This document shows positions 45,663 to 57,373 of a stretch of DNA of 64,000 nucleotides, piece by piece. The translations under genes and the position numbers were made by a program. Source of the stretch: Macrostomum lignano. Its lineage: Eukaryota. How positions within the stretch are numbered: position 1 is the stretch's first letter; each line of letters begins with the position of its first letter. The stretch lies in the NCBI GenBank assembly GCA_002269645.1, contig NIVC01001655.1, forward strand, positions 190,777 to 254,776, given 5' to 3'. The notes below the pieces were generated by a model. It saw only the letters and a program-made list of their open reading frames with translations. It was not told where the DNA came from and did no database searches.

Positions 45663-46565
45663 ATGAAAGGCGACCCGGATGTTACCAGCTGCGCCGATGG
45701 CGGCGGCAGCTCAGCTAGTGCCCCGAGAACGCAGCAGAGTTGCCCAGGATGCGACCTGCTGCGACAAGAGAACGGCGTCTTGGCCGCCAAGCTGGAACAG
45801 TCCAGGCGTGAGGCGGCCAATTACAGCAGCGCGTCCAACGAATTACAGAGCAGAAATCTTCAACTGTCCATGGAAGTTGCGGAGCTGCAGTGCCGTCTGC
45901 GCACAGCCCAGCAGCGTCTGTTGAGCGTCGCCAGCGTAGCCCAGAGCATGGCAACGCAAGGCCAGTTGCTGTCGACGCTGTTGAACGATAGCACGGATTC
46001 GCATCGGTCTGACTGTCCGACCTCGACAGACCAGCAGCAGGTTAGCGGCAGTCGTGGAATAGTTCTAGCTCCAGAGCTTACCGCTAGGGAAGACGTCCTG
46101 ACCATCAGTGACGACAACAACAACACGGAATATCAGCAGCTGCTGGATGTTGAAATTGTTTCGCCTCCAACTGGCGGATGCTCTTCGGCTAACGCGAACG
46201 AGCTGGTTCCGCTGACGCCGGAGTCGCCGGACATCAAAGTGACTATGAACGCCGCCTCGGACATCAAGTCGCTGCTGGACGCCTATCTGGCCGACCGGGT
46301 GGACGCCAATCTTGACAGGCTGGTCAGGCGCATCATCCGAGCCCTGTTCAGCCCCTACGAGCTGGCGCACACCTCCTGGTCTGGCCGGACTACGGTGAAC
46401 GGCGCGAATCGACCGGAGGCTGATCCGGCTAAAAAGTTGGCTTTGATCAACTTTCTTAGAAATACTGGCGTGCCTTGCGATATTTCTCAGCTCTCCCGCT
46501 GCTATCGTTGCATCAGCTGCCTGCAACGGCGCACAGCTCGAGCTCATGCTAGCAAAGGAAACTAG
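45663..46565 (+). CDS. Coiled-coil plus BEN-domain-like protein, 300 aa, single coding exon
   Basis: ATG at 45663 follows an acceptor ttcttcag|. Cys-x2-Cys then a heptad region. The C-terminus RLVRRIIRALFSPYELAHTSWSG...ADPAKKLALINFL fits the BEN pattern. Confidence 0.6.
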   Translation: MKGDPDVTSCADGGGSSASAPRTQQSCPGCDLLRQENGVLAAKLEQSRREAANYSSASNELQSRNLQLSMEVAELQCRLRTAQQRLLSVASVAQSMATQGQLLSTLLNDSTDSHRSDCPTSTDQQQVSGSRGIVLAPELTAREDVLTISDDNNNTEYQQLLDVEIVSPPTGGCSSANANELVPLTPESPDIKVTMNAASDIKSLLDAYLADRVDANLDRLVRRIIRALFSPYELAHTSWSGRTTVNGANRPEADPAKKLALINFLRNTGVPCDISQLSRCYRCISCLQRRTARAHASKGN

Positions 46566-46827
46566 ATTTAATATACATTGATGTACTGGAGGGAAATATC
46601 TTCAGTTGGTCATATTTCATAGTCTAGCCGCAATAAAGCGCGACATTGAACACATTTGATTCGTGATTTCAGGTGCTAATCCTGTAAACTTTACACCATA
46701 GTTAAAATTAAGTAATTGAGTTTGAGAATTGGTTTCCAGATTAATCGACGATAAATTGACGATTTAATTTTTCAGGAAGCTTAAAAGACAAGTATTATCA
46801 AAGTTCCTTGAAGTATTTTTGGGGGAA

Positions 46828-47183
46828 CCAGTTAATTAGGCGACAGGTTGACTCGGTGACAACCAATTCAGTGACTTTGGCTTTGGCTTCCAAAAAAACG
46901 GTATACTCGTCTTAAGTCTGTTGCTTCATTCGACTGGAAGTGCAAGCAGTAGAAAAAATGCACTCGCTCCGAGTCCGAGACTCCAAGGGGGCGTACACGC
47001 ACCTCTTTGAAAACGTGTTATTCAGCATGATTAAAACAAAATTACCTTACTTGAATGGCAAAGACTAGCAATATTTTAAATTTTAACGAGAGTCGTATAT
47101 AGCTTTCTATATACGACATTATATAAACTTCAGTATTCGCCGAATCGACTGTCGCCGAACTGACTTGTCGCCGAATTAACTGG
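46828..47183. mobile_element. Possible MITE with imperfect ~18-bp TIR
   Basis: CCAGTTAATTAGGCGACA versus TGTCGCCGAATTAACTGG; no clear TSD. Confidence 0.45.
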
Positions 47184-48237
47184 AAGCCATTTTTGGTATG
47201 CTTTACCTTTCGCTTTTTATGATGTTAAGAGAAAAACATTATTTTCAAAATTTTGCGATAAATTTGATGTTTAATATACTAGTGCTAAAGTTATTTTTTA
47301 TAGTCGCCACTTCATTATTACAACTTCATCATGTTATCCTTGCGTAGAAAGCTTAATTGAGCTGCATTTTGCTTAATAAGAAATTTTTTGCTTTTCTAAA
47401 AAGTCACTGCATTCTTTTACTAAACATTGCCTTGTAACTTTCAAGCAACTTATGAAACTTTCAACTTTGTGAATTTTTGAAACGAAAGGGCTTCTATTTG
47501 TTTTGAAATGCATGTTTTGAAGTACAGCTAATACAGCCTAGGGTGTGTGTGTGCGTTTGAGTTTCTTTTACGTTTTCCGAATCGTAATTCTTGTTATTTA
47601 TTTATAGCTCGAAGCTTAATAGAAAAAAATATTGCAATAATTACAGGGCTGTGGGGGGGGGCAGCGCTGATGGCGATCCTGCCCAACTTCCGCTGACTCC
47701 TGTGCACATGCACAATGTGAGAATCGATTGGTCTTTTAAAACTTTGCTTGTCTGCTTGTCCTTTATAGTCTATGGCTCAAAGACTAGGCTGGACGCAGCT
47801 AGGCCCTTCGTATTCAGCGTAGGCAGGATTCTCACTTTGGATGGCTTTTTATCACTTTGCTTGTCCTTTATTGTCTATGGCCCATAGACTAAGGCTGCAC
47901 GCAGCCAGGCCCTTCGCAGTCAGCGTAGGCAGGATTCTCACTTTGGATGGCTTTATTCTCAGTTAGGCTGACAAAACCAATAGTTTTATATTGATATTAT
48001 AAACCGATATTAATAGATGCGTACGCTCCGTTAAGCAGACACCAGACTCCTAGGATTTGGTGATATCTAATTGTGTAAAATTTAAATTTATCGCCATCAT
48101 CAAGCACATTGTTGAGTGAAAAAAAATGCAGTTTGGATAAATTCAATTCAATTACAAAAGAAAAATATTTGGGTCAATTTGACTTTCAGAAATTTTCACT
48201 GACCCTCTTACAGACGTGTTGGCAGCATCCAGAGAAT

Positions 48238-49383
48238 ATGGATTACAAAGAAATTTTAATCCGCCTGTTCAATCTTAACATTGATAACAATGAGTCCACA
48301 GACAGCATCGAAGAGGTTGGCGGCGAGATGACGGGAGACACCGGATTCCTCAGCTTCAGGCGAAGGCTCAAGATTAAGAAAGGTGATTCGATGAAGCGCG
48401 TTTTTCTTAAATTTAACGATACAAGCCGAACAGACCTCGGTGACCTGAAGCAGCTCAGTGAGGTGGCCAATGCTCGCGAGTGCCTGTTCTACGGCACCTT
48501 CGCACCCTTGCTGGAGCGGACTGCCTCTCAGATGGGCTTGGGAAGCGTCGGCCTGCCCACCGTCCACCTGGAGATGGTGCTGCCCACAGGAACTCTCATT
48601 GTGATGGAGGATCTCGGCGAGGCTGGCTTCGAGCTGGCTCCAGCTAAAATGAACGTCGCTGAAGCTCGCTGCGTGCTGAGCAGTCTGGCTCGAGTCCAGG
48701 CAGCGTTCTTGCTGACGAAAGCTCGACTGGGCAGTCCGGCTTCGGGTCTGTTCGGACCGCAGTCGCCTCTGTCCGGCGGTTTCAAATCGACTGATGTTGC
48801 TGGTTTCGACTTTGCCGAAATGCTGCCTGGCTGCTTTGAAGCGTTTGTTCGCGAGTTTCCAAAGTATTTGAAGTGCGAGAAGCGTGTGGCCGCAATTAAT
48901 TCGTACCTTAATGACGACTTTGTTGCTAAAGCTCAGAGGTACATGAAGACGAATGTGACAGAGAAGGAGGGGATCGGGGTGACACACTGCGATCTTTGGT
49001 ACAACAACTGCATGCTGAGTAGGGACTCTAGCGGGCATCCGGTGGCGTGTCGCATTATTGACTGGCAAGTTTTTGGCATCGGCTCCCTAGCTCACGATTT
49101 CGGGCTGCTGTGGCTGTCGAGTATCGATAACTCCATCGTTATTGAGCAGTTTTTTCCATTCGTGAAATATTATTATGACACTATCCGGCGGTTTTTTGGC
49201 GACTCAAGTGTTCAAGTCGACGAGTTTCCGGTCTCTCTAGAGCGAATGAAACAGCTAGCCGTCGAGTCGGTGCTGGATGCCATCATCATGACTGTTGTAT
49301 CGGTTGAAATTCTGCCTGCAATTGCCAAACCAGACAACTGGCTAGCAAATATGGCTGACTTGATCCAGTGCTTCAAGTTATAA
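48238..49383 (+). CDS. EcKinase/choline-kinase-like small-molecule kinase, copy 1 (381 aa, intronless)
   Basis: RECLFY; IVMEDL; LSSLARVQA; Brenner motif THCDLWYNNCM; IIDWQ; DFG.L.LSS. Confidence 0.85.
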   Translation: MDYKEILIRLFNLNIDNNESTDSIEEVGGEMTGDTGFLSFRRRLKIKKGDSMKRVFLKFNDTSRTDLGDLKQLSEVANARECLFYGTFAPLLERTASQMGLGSVGLPTVHLEMVLPTGTLIVMEDLGEAGFELAPAKMNVAEARCVLSSLARVQAAFLLTKARLGSPASGLFGPQSPLSGGFKSTDVAGFDFAEMLPGCFEAFVREFPKYLKCEKRVAAINSYLNDDFVAKAQRYMKTNVTEKEGIGVTHCDLWYNNCMLSRDSSGHPVACRIIDWQVFGIGSLAHDFGLLWLSSIDNSIVIEQFFPFVKYYYDTIRRFFGDSSVQVDEFPVSLERMKQLAVESVLDAIIMTVVSVEILPAIAKPDNWLANMADLIQCFKL

Positions 49384-50588
49384 TTAGCTGGATTTCTTGT
49401 CGTAACTTTATAAAGTCTTCTATATGAGTAGCTAATCTGGTGAAATGAATTAAAAGAAAAACTTGATTTAGCTATTCAATTTCTTTTAGATTTTTAGATT
49501 GTATTTTAAACACACTGTGATTCTTGTGTGTATTGTCAGCGTTTTTTCTACTGTTTTAACGACTAACCGAAATTTACGCCCTTTCACACTTTTTTACGGT
49601 ATGGAACGATGTGCCATGAACAATTCCCCAAGAGTGAATAAGCGGGGACTTGTGAGGGTCCTAGCTATTGACTGTATTTAGTGTTTACTGTCGGTAGGTA
49701 TAGTAAAGGTTTTTGTTTTATTCTTTAATATTGCATAGCTAGTCTTTCTTTTTTACTTCATAAAATTCTTGGCTTCATTTCATCCCATAGCAGTCTGCGA
49801 AGGTGTAACTTTGACAAGGACCTTGACAAGTCCAAAGATCCTTGGACTTTCATTGCTGTAGTCTTTTAACTATAGACCAAAAATTTTAACTGTCTGGAAC
49901 TAAAGCCGCGGAATTTCACATAATCGTGCCTAGTGGTGTGGCTCGGCGCTCTGATGTGCCAGCGGCTCGATTTCAAGTGCAGTCACATTAATATTGAAGC
50001 TAAATATTGGAATCTCGGCTTGGCTCTGCTCGGGAAATTAACGCCCTTGAGGGCCAACCTCAATGGCACAGTGAAGTGTACATGCCTAACGATAAAATAA
50101 AGTTAGGGCCGCTGTACACTCCTGTGCGTGTGCCTGTCCGGAATCGGCAGTAATCGCCAGTTGTGTTGTTGACAATGTCGCTTAAAGTACATGTGCGCCA
50201 GGGTGCATGCAGCCCCTGCTTGTCGGTACTGATTCTGCGTCTGTGCATGTTTTTTAGTATTTAGTTCCTTAAATATCCTTGTTTAGTTTGATTTGAATTA
50301 TGAATCAATATTGTTGGCTTGATAGTTTGTGAAAATGATTTTTCATTGATATCTAAACGAGTACGTAAAACAAACAGCAGATCAGAGCTCATCACGTGGC
50401 TTCTGAAAGCATATCTTGCAAAAGTTGTCAACAAAGCAGAGAGAGACAAAAATTTTGGTCCCTAAAGTCAAACAAAATGTATACTTCACCATTAACATAC
50501 TCAAGTGCTCATAAACTTGCTCTTCTTATTTTTCAGTGTGTTCAGAAAACAGCTTATGGGATTTTCTATTCAATTAGAACTGAACTAA

Positions 50589-51722
50589 ATGGATTTTAAA
50601 TCGATATTGACACGACTTTTCAACCTCGGATATGATGGATTAGAAGACAGCATCGAAGAAATTGGCGGTGAGATGACTGGAGACACCGGATTCCTCAGCT
50701 TCAGGCGCCGACTGAAGATTAAAAAGGGTGATGCGGTCAGAAAGGTTTTTCTCAAATTCAGTGACAAAAGCCGACCAGATCTTGGCCAACTGAAAGAGCT
50801 CAGTGAGCAGGTGAACGAACGAGAGTGCCTGTTCTACGGCACCTTCGCACCCTTGCTGGAGCGGACTGCCTCTCAGTTGGGCTTGGGAAGCATCGGCCTG
50901 CCTACCGTCCACCTGGAGATGGTGCTGCCTACAGGAACTCTCATTGTGATGGAGGATCTCGGCGAGGCTGGCTTCGAGCTGGCTCCAGCTAAAATGAACG
51001 TTGCTGAAGCTCGCTGCGTGTTGAGCAGTCTGGCTCGAGTTCAGGCGGCGTTCTGGCTGACGAAAGCTCGACTGGGCAGTCCGGCTTCGGGTCTGTTCGG
51101 TCCTCAATCGCCTCTGTCGGACGGTTTCAGATCGACTGATGCTGCTGGTGTTGGCTTTGATGGCATGTTGTCAGGCTGCTTTGAAAGATTTCGTAGCAAT
51201 TTTCCAACGTACCTGAAGTGCGAGAAGCGTGTTGCTATCATTAATGCTTACCTTGACGACAGCTTTCTTGAAAAATCTCGGGAAGTCATGAACTCTAGCA
51301 AAAGTGAGCAAGAAACCATAGGTGTTACTCACTCTGAGCTGTGATACAACAATTTTATGATCAGCAGGGACTCCTGTGGGAATCCAGTCCAATGCTGTCT
51401 CATCGACTGGCAGTTCTTCGGCATCGGCTGGCTGACCTACGACCTGGGCCCGCTCTGGATATCCAGCATTGACAATGCCATCGTCACGGAAGAGTTTCTG
51501 CCTTGCGTGGACTTTTATCATCACGCTGTCCAGTCCGCTTACGAGGGCGCGATAGGGGAGAAGTTCCCAGTCTCCCAGGAGCAGATGAGGGAGCAGGCTG
51601 TGAAGTCGTTGGTCTACGGCGTCGCTTGGATTGTCCTTCAGGCGGATTTTCTCGGCGTGTTCGTGCGTATCGACAATATTCTGGCTAATGTTGCTGACCT
51701 AATTGCTTTCTTCAAGCTGTGA
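50589..51722 (+). pseudogene. EcKinase-like copy 2 with an in-frame TGA in the catalytic loop
   Basis: 1134-nt colinear paralog. It reads HSEL*YNNFM (TGA at 51342-51344) where the others have H(C/S)DLWYNNCM. Confidence 0.82.
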
Positions 51723-53064
51723 CGTAACACTGAGTTACGTTAGGACACGTGACTTTGTAAATAATTTTTATGATTACAATTTATCGCTCTTCAATTTGCA
51801 ATTGTTCCAATCCGCTTTTAATCTTGTAGTTGCTACTTTAAAGTACTGATTTAATTTGATTTTGGTTGTCACTCTTTGTAGAATTTTGTCATGGTCTTAA
51901 ATGCTTCATTTTTAATACGTTGCATTGCGATATACATATGTCACGATTATTGACGTAGTGGCTATGGCTATGACCCTTAAAAGGGCCGTTTTGACGAGAG
52001 TTGCCGTAAGTCGTAGTCCCAAAATGAATCGAAGTCAATTCTTATAAAGCGGATTGTGTAGCGGAGCACTTGGCGATAAAGGCAGGAAACTGCCGTGGTT
52101 GTTTATTGTCGAGATCAATATTAAAACTCGGTTACTAATGTCAATGCAAGCTTATAGCGTTCTGGGCACTGGCGGCTGCAACAATGGTTTTGAAAGCAAT
52201 AGAATATGAAGTCAGTGGCAGACGAAGGATTCGATGGCGACGCAGTGTGATGAGCAATGGCGATGAGCACGGTGAAGGCAGTGAGTAGCAGTAGGTAGGC
52301 AGATGAGTAGTGGCGAGATTGGCGTTAGCCGTGGCAGCACACAGTGAAGTAGTGTGTAAACAGGCTGGCCCAGACAGAGGGGCCGTGGCGAGAGATAAGG
52401 AGGCTCGAGGCAGCCAGACAAGAGAAGGAAAACAAGACGCCAAGAGGAGAGACAAGCCTAAAAGCCTAGAAGCCTAGAAGCCTAGAAGCCTAGAAGTGAG
52501 GAGGCCCTCAGACCGCCAGGCAGGGGTTGATAAAGGAACGCAGAGGGGGGTAGCGCGAAGCACGAGCGGTTTTCATTGGCTGGCTAAAGAACTTAAAATT
52601 ATCGATCGTGCCAGTTTTCTACGGTCGCATGAAAGGATAGCAAAACGCGCAGTGAATTAGCAATAGGCACAGATTCGTTGGGCACTACTACAAGTAAACG
52701 TTAAAATAAACGATTGGAGAAATTGTAGAGGAGCTACAGTCCAACGGCCCCTCTCGGGACCACTTTAAACTGGCAACGTCACAACATACAATATGTAGAA
52801 TCCTATTATTACTGTTATTATTAGTTGGTCGTTCGCATCGATTTATGCCTTTGTAGCGAAATTAGCTTGCCCGATGAAACGGTAAACAGGCCAAGAAGCG
52901 TCCCAGAGTCACTTGCGTAGCCACATAAAGGATCGTTACTGGTAAAATTGGTAAAATAGGAAAGAAGTGACTCTAGACGACTCTGGAACGACGAGAGGTC
53001 ACGGTAAAAGTCGCCCAAAAATCGTTGAAACTTGAGGTGTTTTTATTGTCTTCGGCTCTGAAGC

Positions 53065-53777
53065 GTGTTGGCCTGGTGGTCAACACGCAGAAGACCGTCG
53101 TGCTATGCGTGCCGGACGACACCGAGGCTACAATCTTCTGCCGAGGCGCTGACGGACAGGCGAGTGAGCTTCCAAGATGTCAGCAGTTCGTCTACCTCGG
53201 CGGTCTGGTTCCCGACGTCCGCGAGGATCTGCGGCGTCGCCGTGGACTTGCTTGGGCTGCCTTTCGTTCTATAAGGTCAGTCCTGCAGTCCGAGGCCCTA
53301 CCGGACCGCCAGAGGGCGGCGCTGTTCCAGGCGGTGATCGAGACCGTCCTGTTATACAACGCCGAGACCTGGACGCTGACAGACTCGCTCGAGGCTCAAG
53401 TCGACGCGGCGCACGCTGGCCTGCTGCGCGCCGCCTTCAAGATCGGCAACGAGCGAGTCACCAACACGGCGCTCTATCATCGCGCCGGCCTGGCCCGTCC
53501 TAGCGATCTGCTGCGCCGTCGGCAACTCCAGCTAGCAGGCCACGTCATCCGCGCCGAGGCCTACTGTCCGGAGCCGGTGCAGGAGGTGCTGCTACTTACG
53601 TTGCAGGCACCCTACCGGCGGGGACAGGCGAGGACTCGGCGCTACGTCGACTGTCTGCTGGCTGACGCCGGCGCCCCGAACTCTGCCGGCGGTGCGGCTT
53701 TTGTTCGCGCCCAAGCTTTGAAGCGCGCCATCTGACGCTGCTTTTGTGAACTGGCAGCGTACTCTGTTGTTGTTGTT
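53065..53777 (+). mobile_element. 5'-truncated RTE-like LINE with (TTG)n tail
   Basis: GLVVNTQKT, FVYLG, ETVLLYNAETWTL, RRQLQLAGHV.R (RT domains 6-7 and C-terminus). Tail TGTTGTTGTTGTT. Candidate 10-bp TSD GCTCTGAAGC at 53055-53064 and 53778-53787. Confidence 0.88.
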
Positions 53778-54510
53778 GCTCTGAAGCTAATCTGAGCAAA
53801 CGCAAGTGACTCTGAGGCGCTTCTTCTAGATTGGCTCTGGGGCCGCAGAGTCGTATCTGAGGCGTGCTATCGAGTCGCTTTAGAATTACTGAGTTGCGTC
53901 TAAATTACATCCGCGTTACTTTATAAATGAATTAGAATCGTTTTATTTAGAGTAGCACAACTCTATTCAGTCTACTTGAGTTAGTGGATAGTTAAGCACA
54001 AGCACAACGACTCTTGGATGACTTTCTTTCGACTCTTTTACAGTTTTATACAACTCCCATGATGCGCTCGTGACTCAAAAGTTACCCAAAAGTCGTTAGT
54101 CACTGTACGGTAACGGTACAATAACGTTTTTAACGGGTTGATATTTTGCCAAATCATGCTCACTAGCTAAGACTCACGTAGAGAAGCTCTGAACGCCCTT
54201 TGACGACCGAAACCATAACCTTAGCTATAGGATTTTCGCAGCTCGAGTATACTTTAACTTCGACTGCAGATACATGCAGACACGACCAAGTCTTTGCCTG
54301 GCTGTTTGCCCTGTGTGGCTCGAATCAATATCAAAGTTTTTCTTATCTCAGCCTATATTTGTATTTTTACTTGTGCTTCGAGCGCGGCACAGCCGATCTA
54401 CTAGCTAGTAACAACGACAAGGGTTCAAACTTCGAAGTTTTTCGTTAAAAAACGAGCTAAAGCAGTGTACACGACAGACCAGAAAACTCTGCAATTCGAG
54501 AACTGACAAG

Positions 54511-55644
54511 ATGGACTTCAAACCTATTTTGCAGCGACTGTTCAACTTGGCACAGAATGAAACACACAGCAGTATTGAAGAAGTTGGCGAAGAGATGACT
54601 GGTGAAACGGGGTTCCTCAGCTTCAGGCGCAAGCTCAGGATCAAAAAAGGATACTCAACAATCAACATCTTTCTCAAGTTCAGCGACACCAGCCGGCAGG
54701 AGCTCGGAGAGTTGAAAGAATTCAGCGATCATTTTTGTCCGCGAGAGTGCCTGTTCTACGGCACCTTCGCACCCTTGCTGGAGCGGACTGCCTCTCAGCT
54801 GGGCTTGGGAAGCGTCGGCCTGCCCACCGTCCACCTGGAGATGGTGCTGCCCACAGGAACTCTCATTGTGATGGAGGATCTCGGCGAGGCTGGCTTCGAG
54901 CTGGCTCCAGCCACAATGAACGTTGCTGAAGCTCGCTGCGTGTTGAGCAGTCTGGCTCGAGTCCAGGCGGCGTTCTGGCTGACGAAAGCTCGACTGGGCA
55001 GTCCGGCTTCGGGTCTGTTCGGTCCGGAGTCGCCTTTTAGCGACCCTTTGAAATCCCTTACTGGCACTGCTGTCAACTTTGACGCCTTCCTCGAACAGGG
55101 CTTTGAAGAGTTCCGTCACAAGTTTGACAATTATCTAAAATGCGAGAAGCGAGCAGCCATTGTCAATGCCTACTTAGAGGATGGATTTCTCGAGAAAACT
55201 CGAAAGGTCTTGAAAGTAAATCAGGAGAAGAGCGAAGTCGTAGGCGTGATTCACTGTGACTTGTGGTACAATAACTGCATGATCAGCAGGGACTCCCGAG
55301 GTCAGCCAATTGAGTGTCGTCTCATCGACTGGCAGTTCTTCGGCATCGGCTGGCTGACCTACGACCTGGGCCCGCTCTGGATATCCAGCATTGACAATGC
55401 CATCGTCACGCAAGAGTTCCTGCCTTGCGTGGACTTTTATCATCACGCTGTCCAGTCCGCGTACGAGAGCGCGATAGGGGAGAAGTTCCCAGTCTCCCAG
55501 GAGCAGATGAGGCAACAGGCTGTGCAGTCGTTGGTCTACGGCATCGGTTGGGTCATACTGTCTGCGGATACGCTGTGGGCGTTCCAGTCGGTTAGCAACG
55601 TGCTTGCCAACATAGCCGACGTGATCGAACACTTCAAGCTCTGA
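54511..55644 (+). CDS. EcKinase-like copy 3 (377 aa, intronless)
   Basis: IHCDLWYNNCM and LIDWQ intact. Confidence 0.87.
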   Translation: MDFKPILQRLFNLAQNETHSSIEEVGEEMTGETGFLSFRRKLRIKKGYSTINIFLKFSDTSRQELGELKEFSDHFCPRECLFYGTFAPLLERTASQLGLGSVGLPTVHLEMVLPTGTLIVMEDLGEAGFELAPATMNVAEARCVLSSLARVQAAFWLTKARLGSPASGLFGPESPFSDPLKSLTGTAVNFDAFLEQGFEEFRHKFDNYLKCEKRAAIVNAYLEDGFLEKTRKVLKVNQEKSEVVGVIHCDLWYNNCMISRDSRGQPIECRLIDWQFFGIGWLTYDLGPLWISSIDNAIVTQEFLPCVDFYHHAVQSAYESAIGEKFPVSQEQMRQQAVQSLVYGIGWVILSADTLWAFQSVSNVLANIADVIEHFKL

Positions 55645-56239
55645 TGTCTGCGTCATGTTAACCGGCTTCGATAAGTTAAAACTTTATTAAAATCTAAAAT
55701 TAGATCTTTATTTTCTATGTTAGCTTAAGTTACAGTTAGAAGTTGTAATTGAATCACAAGCGATTCGAAATGAGCATGCGACAAAGTTTCCTATGACATT
55801 TTTCCATACGAGCGTACTTTTGACTAAAAGAGCGCCAATTTTATTTATTCATTTACGCGTTTTAGGCTATCTATGAATAAAACAAATAAAAGAAAAGAAA
55901 AAACAAAGCCTCATGTTTTGATTTAATGAGCTTTTTCCAGTGGTAATTAAAACATTTTCTAAGTTGCTTCCAAATGTTTTATTGATTTTCACGACCAGAT
56001 AATTTTGATTTTGTCAGTTAAGTTGATCATGGCTTTACTTTTTATGGGGCCAGGGGTTGTAGCTTATAGATGGTTAGAGCGTCGTGGGTAGAAGTAAATA
56101 ACTAGAAGAGACGGGACTATGATATTGCTCATGTAATTCTATTTTCTAGTTTTTCGTTTCTGCTGCTAAAAGAAGCAATAGGAGCTTCCTGCTCAAGCGC
56201 AGGGATGCTGACTAACGACTGAGCACAGTCGATCGCGAT

Positions 56240-57373
56240 CTACAGACCGAAATGCTCAATCAAATCAGCGACATTGTTGAGTACATTGTCAATCCGACGA
56301 AGCACTGGAATCATCTCGGCGAACGTGACCAGCCAGGTGATGCCCCAGTTGAGCGACTGGACAGCCTGCTGCCTTATCGTCTCCTTGGAGACCGGGAACT
56401 CTTGCTGCAGCCCCGTCTTGTACAGAGATCGAATGGTCTCGTCGTACAACTCCACACACGGCAGGTATTGCTCCACGGCGATGGCGTTGTCAATGCTGGA
56501 TATCCAGAACGGCCCCAGGTCGAAGGTCAGCCGACCAATTCCGAACACCTGCCAGTCGATCAGGCGGCACTCGACAGGCTGTCCGCTGGCGTCTCTGCTG
56601 AGCATGCAGTTGTTGTACCACAGGTCCGAGTGCGTTATGCCCACTACTTCACGCTCCTCTTGGCCCGACTTGATCACCTGCTGAGCCTTCTTAAGATAGT
56701 CCCTATCCAGGTAGCCGTTGATGATGGCTATTCGCTTGTCGCACGTCATGTACTTTGCGAATTCGCGGCGGAACAACTCGAAACCGGCCGGTAGGAGCTC
56801 GTCCATGCTCTTCTTGGTTGCGGACAGGGCAAAGAAACCGTCGGACAGAGGCGACTGCGGTCCGAACAGACCCGAAGCCGGACTGCCCAGTCGAGCTTTC
56901 GTCAGCCAGAACGCCGCCTGAACTCGAGCCAGACTGCTAAGCACGCAGCGAGCTTCAGCAACGTTCATTGTGGCTGGAGCCAGCTCGAAGCCAGCCTCGC
57001 CGAGATCCTCCATCACAATGAGAGTTCCTGTAGGCAGCACCATCTCCAGGTGGACTGTGGGCAGGCCGATGCTTCCCAAGCCCAGCTGAGAGGCAGTCCG
57101 CTCCAGCAAGGGTGCGAAGGTGCCGTAGAACAAGCACTCTCTCGGACAGAAGCAGTCCATCAATTCCTTCAGCTCGCCCGAGTCCTGTCGGGTTGTGTCG
57201 CTGAACTTGAGAAACACATTGATGGTTGAGTCGCCCTTCTTAACCTTGAGCCGGCGCCGGTAGCTGAGGAACCCAGTTTCTCCCGTCATCTCCTCGCCCG
57301 CCGACGCGATGCACCGGTCGGCCTCGTCCTCAGTCAGGCTGAACAGTCGAGACAAAATCGCCCTAAAGTCCAT
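56240..57373 (-). CDS. EcKinase-like copy 4 (377 aa from MDF; alternative ATG at 57391), inverted
   Basis: THSDLWYNNCM and LIDWQ intact; convergent with copy 3. Confidence 0.87.
   Translation of the reverse strand: MDFRAILSRLFSLTEDEADRCIASAGEEMTGETGFLSYRRRLKVKKGDSTINVFLKFSDTTRQDSGELKELMDCFCPRECLFYGTFAPLLERTASQLGLGSIGLPTVHLEMVLPTGTLIVMEDLGEAGFELAPATMNVAEARCVLSSLARVQAAFWLTKARLGSPASGLFGPQSPLSDGFFALSATKKSMDELLPAGFELFRREFAKYMTCDKRIAIINGYLDRDYLKKAQQVIKSGQEEREVVGITHSDLWYNNCMLSRDASGQPVECRLIDWQVFGIGRLTFDLGPFWISSIDNAIAVEQYLPCVELYDETIRSLYKTGLQQEFPVSKETIRQQAVQSLNWGITWLVTFAEMIPVLRRIDNVLNNVADLIEHFGL

Noticed and set aside
51342-51344. TGA as selenocysteine or programmed readthrough
   Set aside because: It aligns to Trp rather than Cys in the paralogs, and the neighbouring catalytic Asp is also mutated.
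48243-57137. Antisense ORFs conserved across the kinase copies
   Set aside because: Shadows of GC-rich coding sequence; their similarity just reflects the shared tracts.
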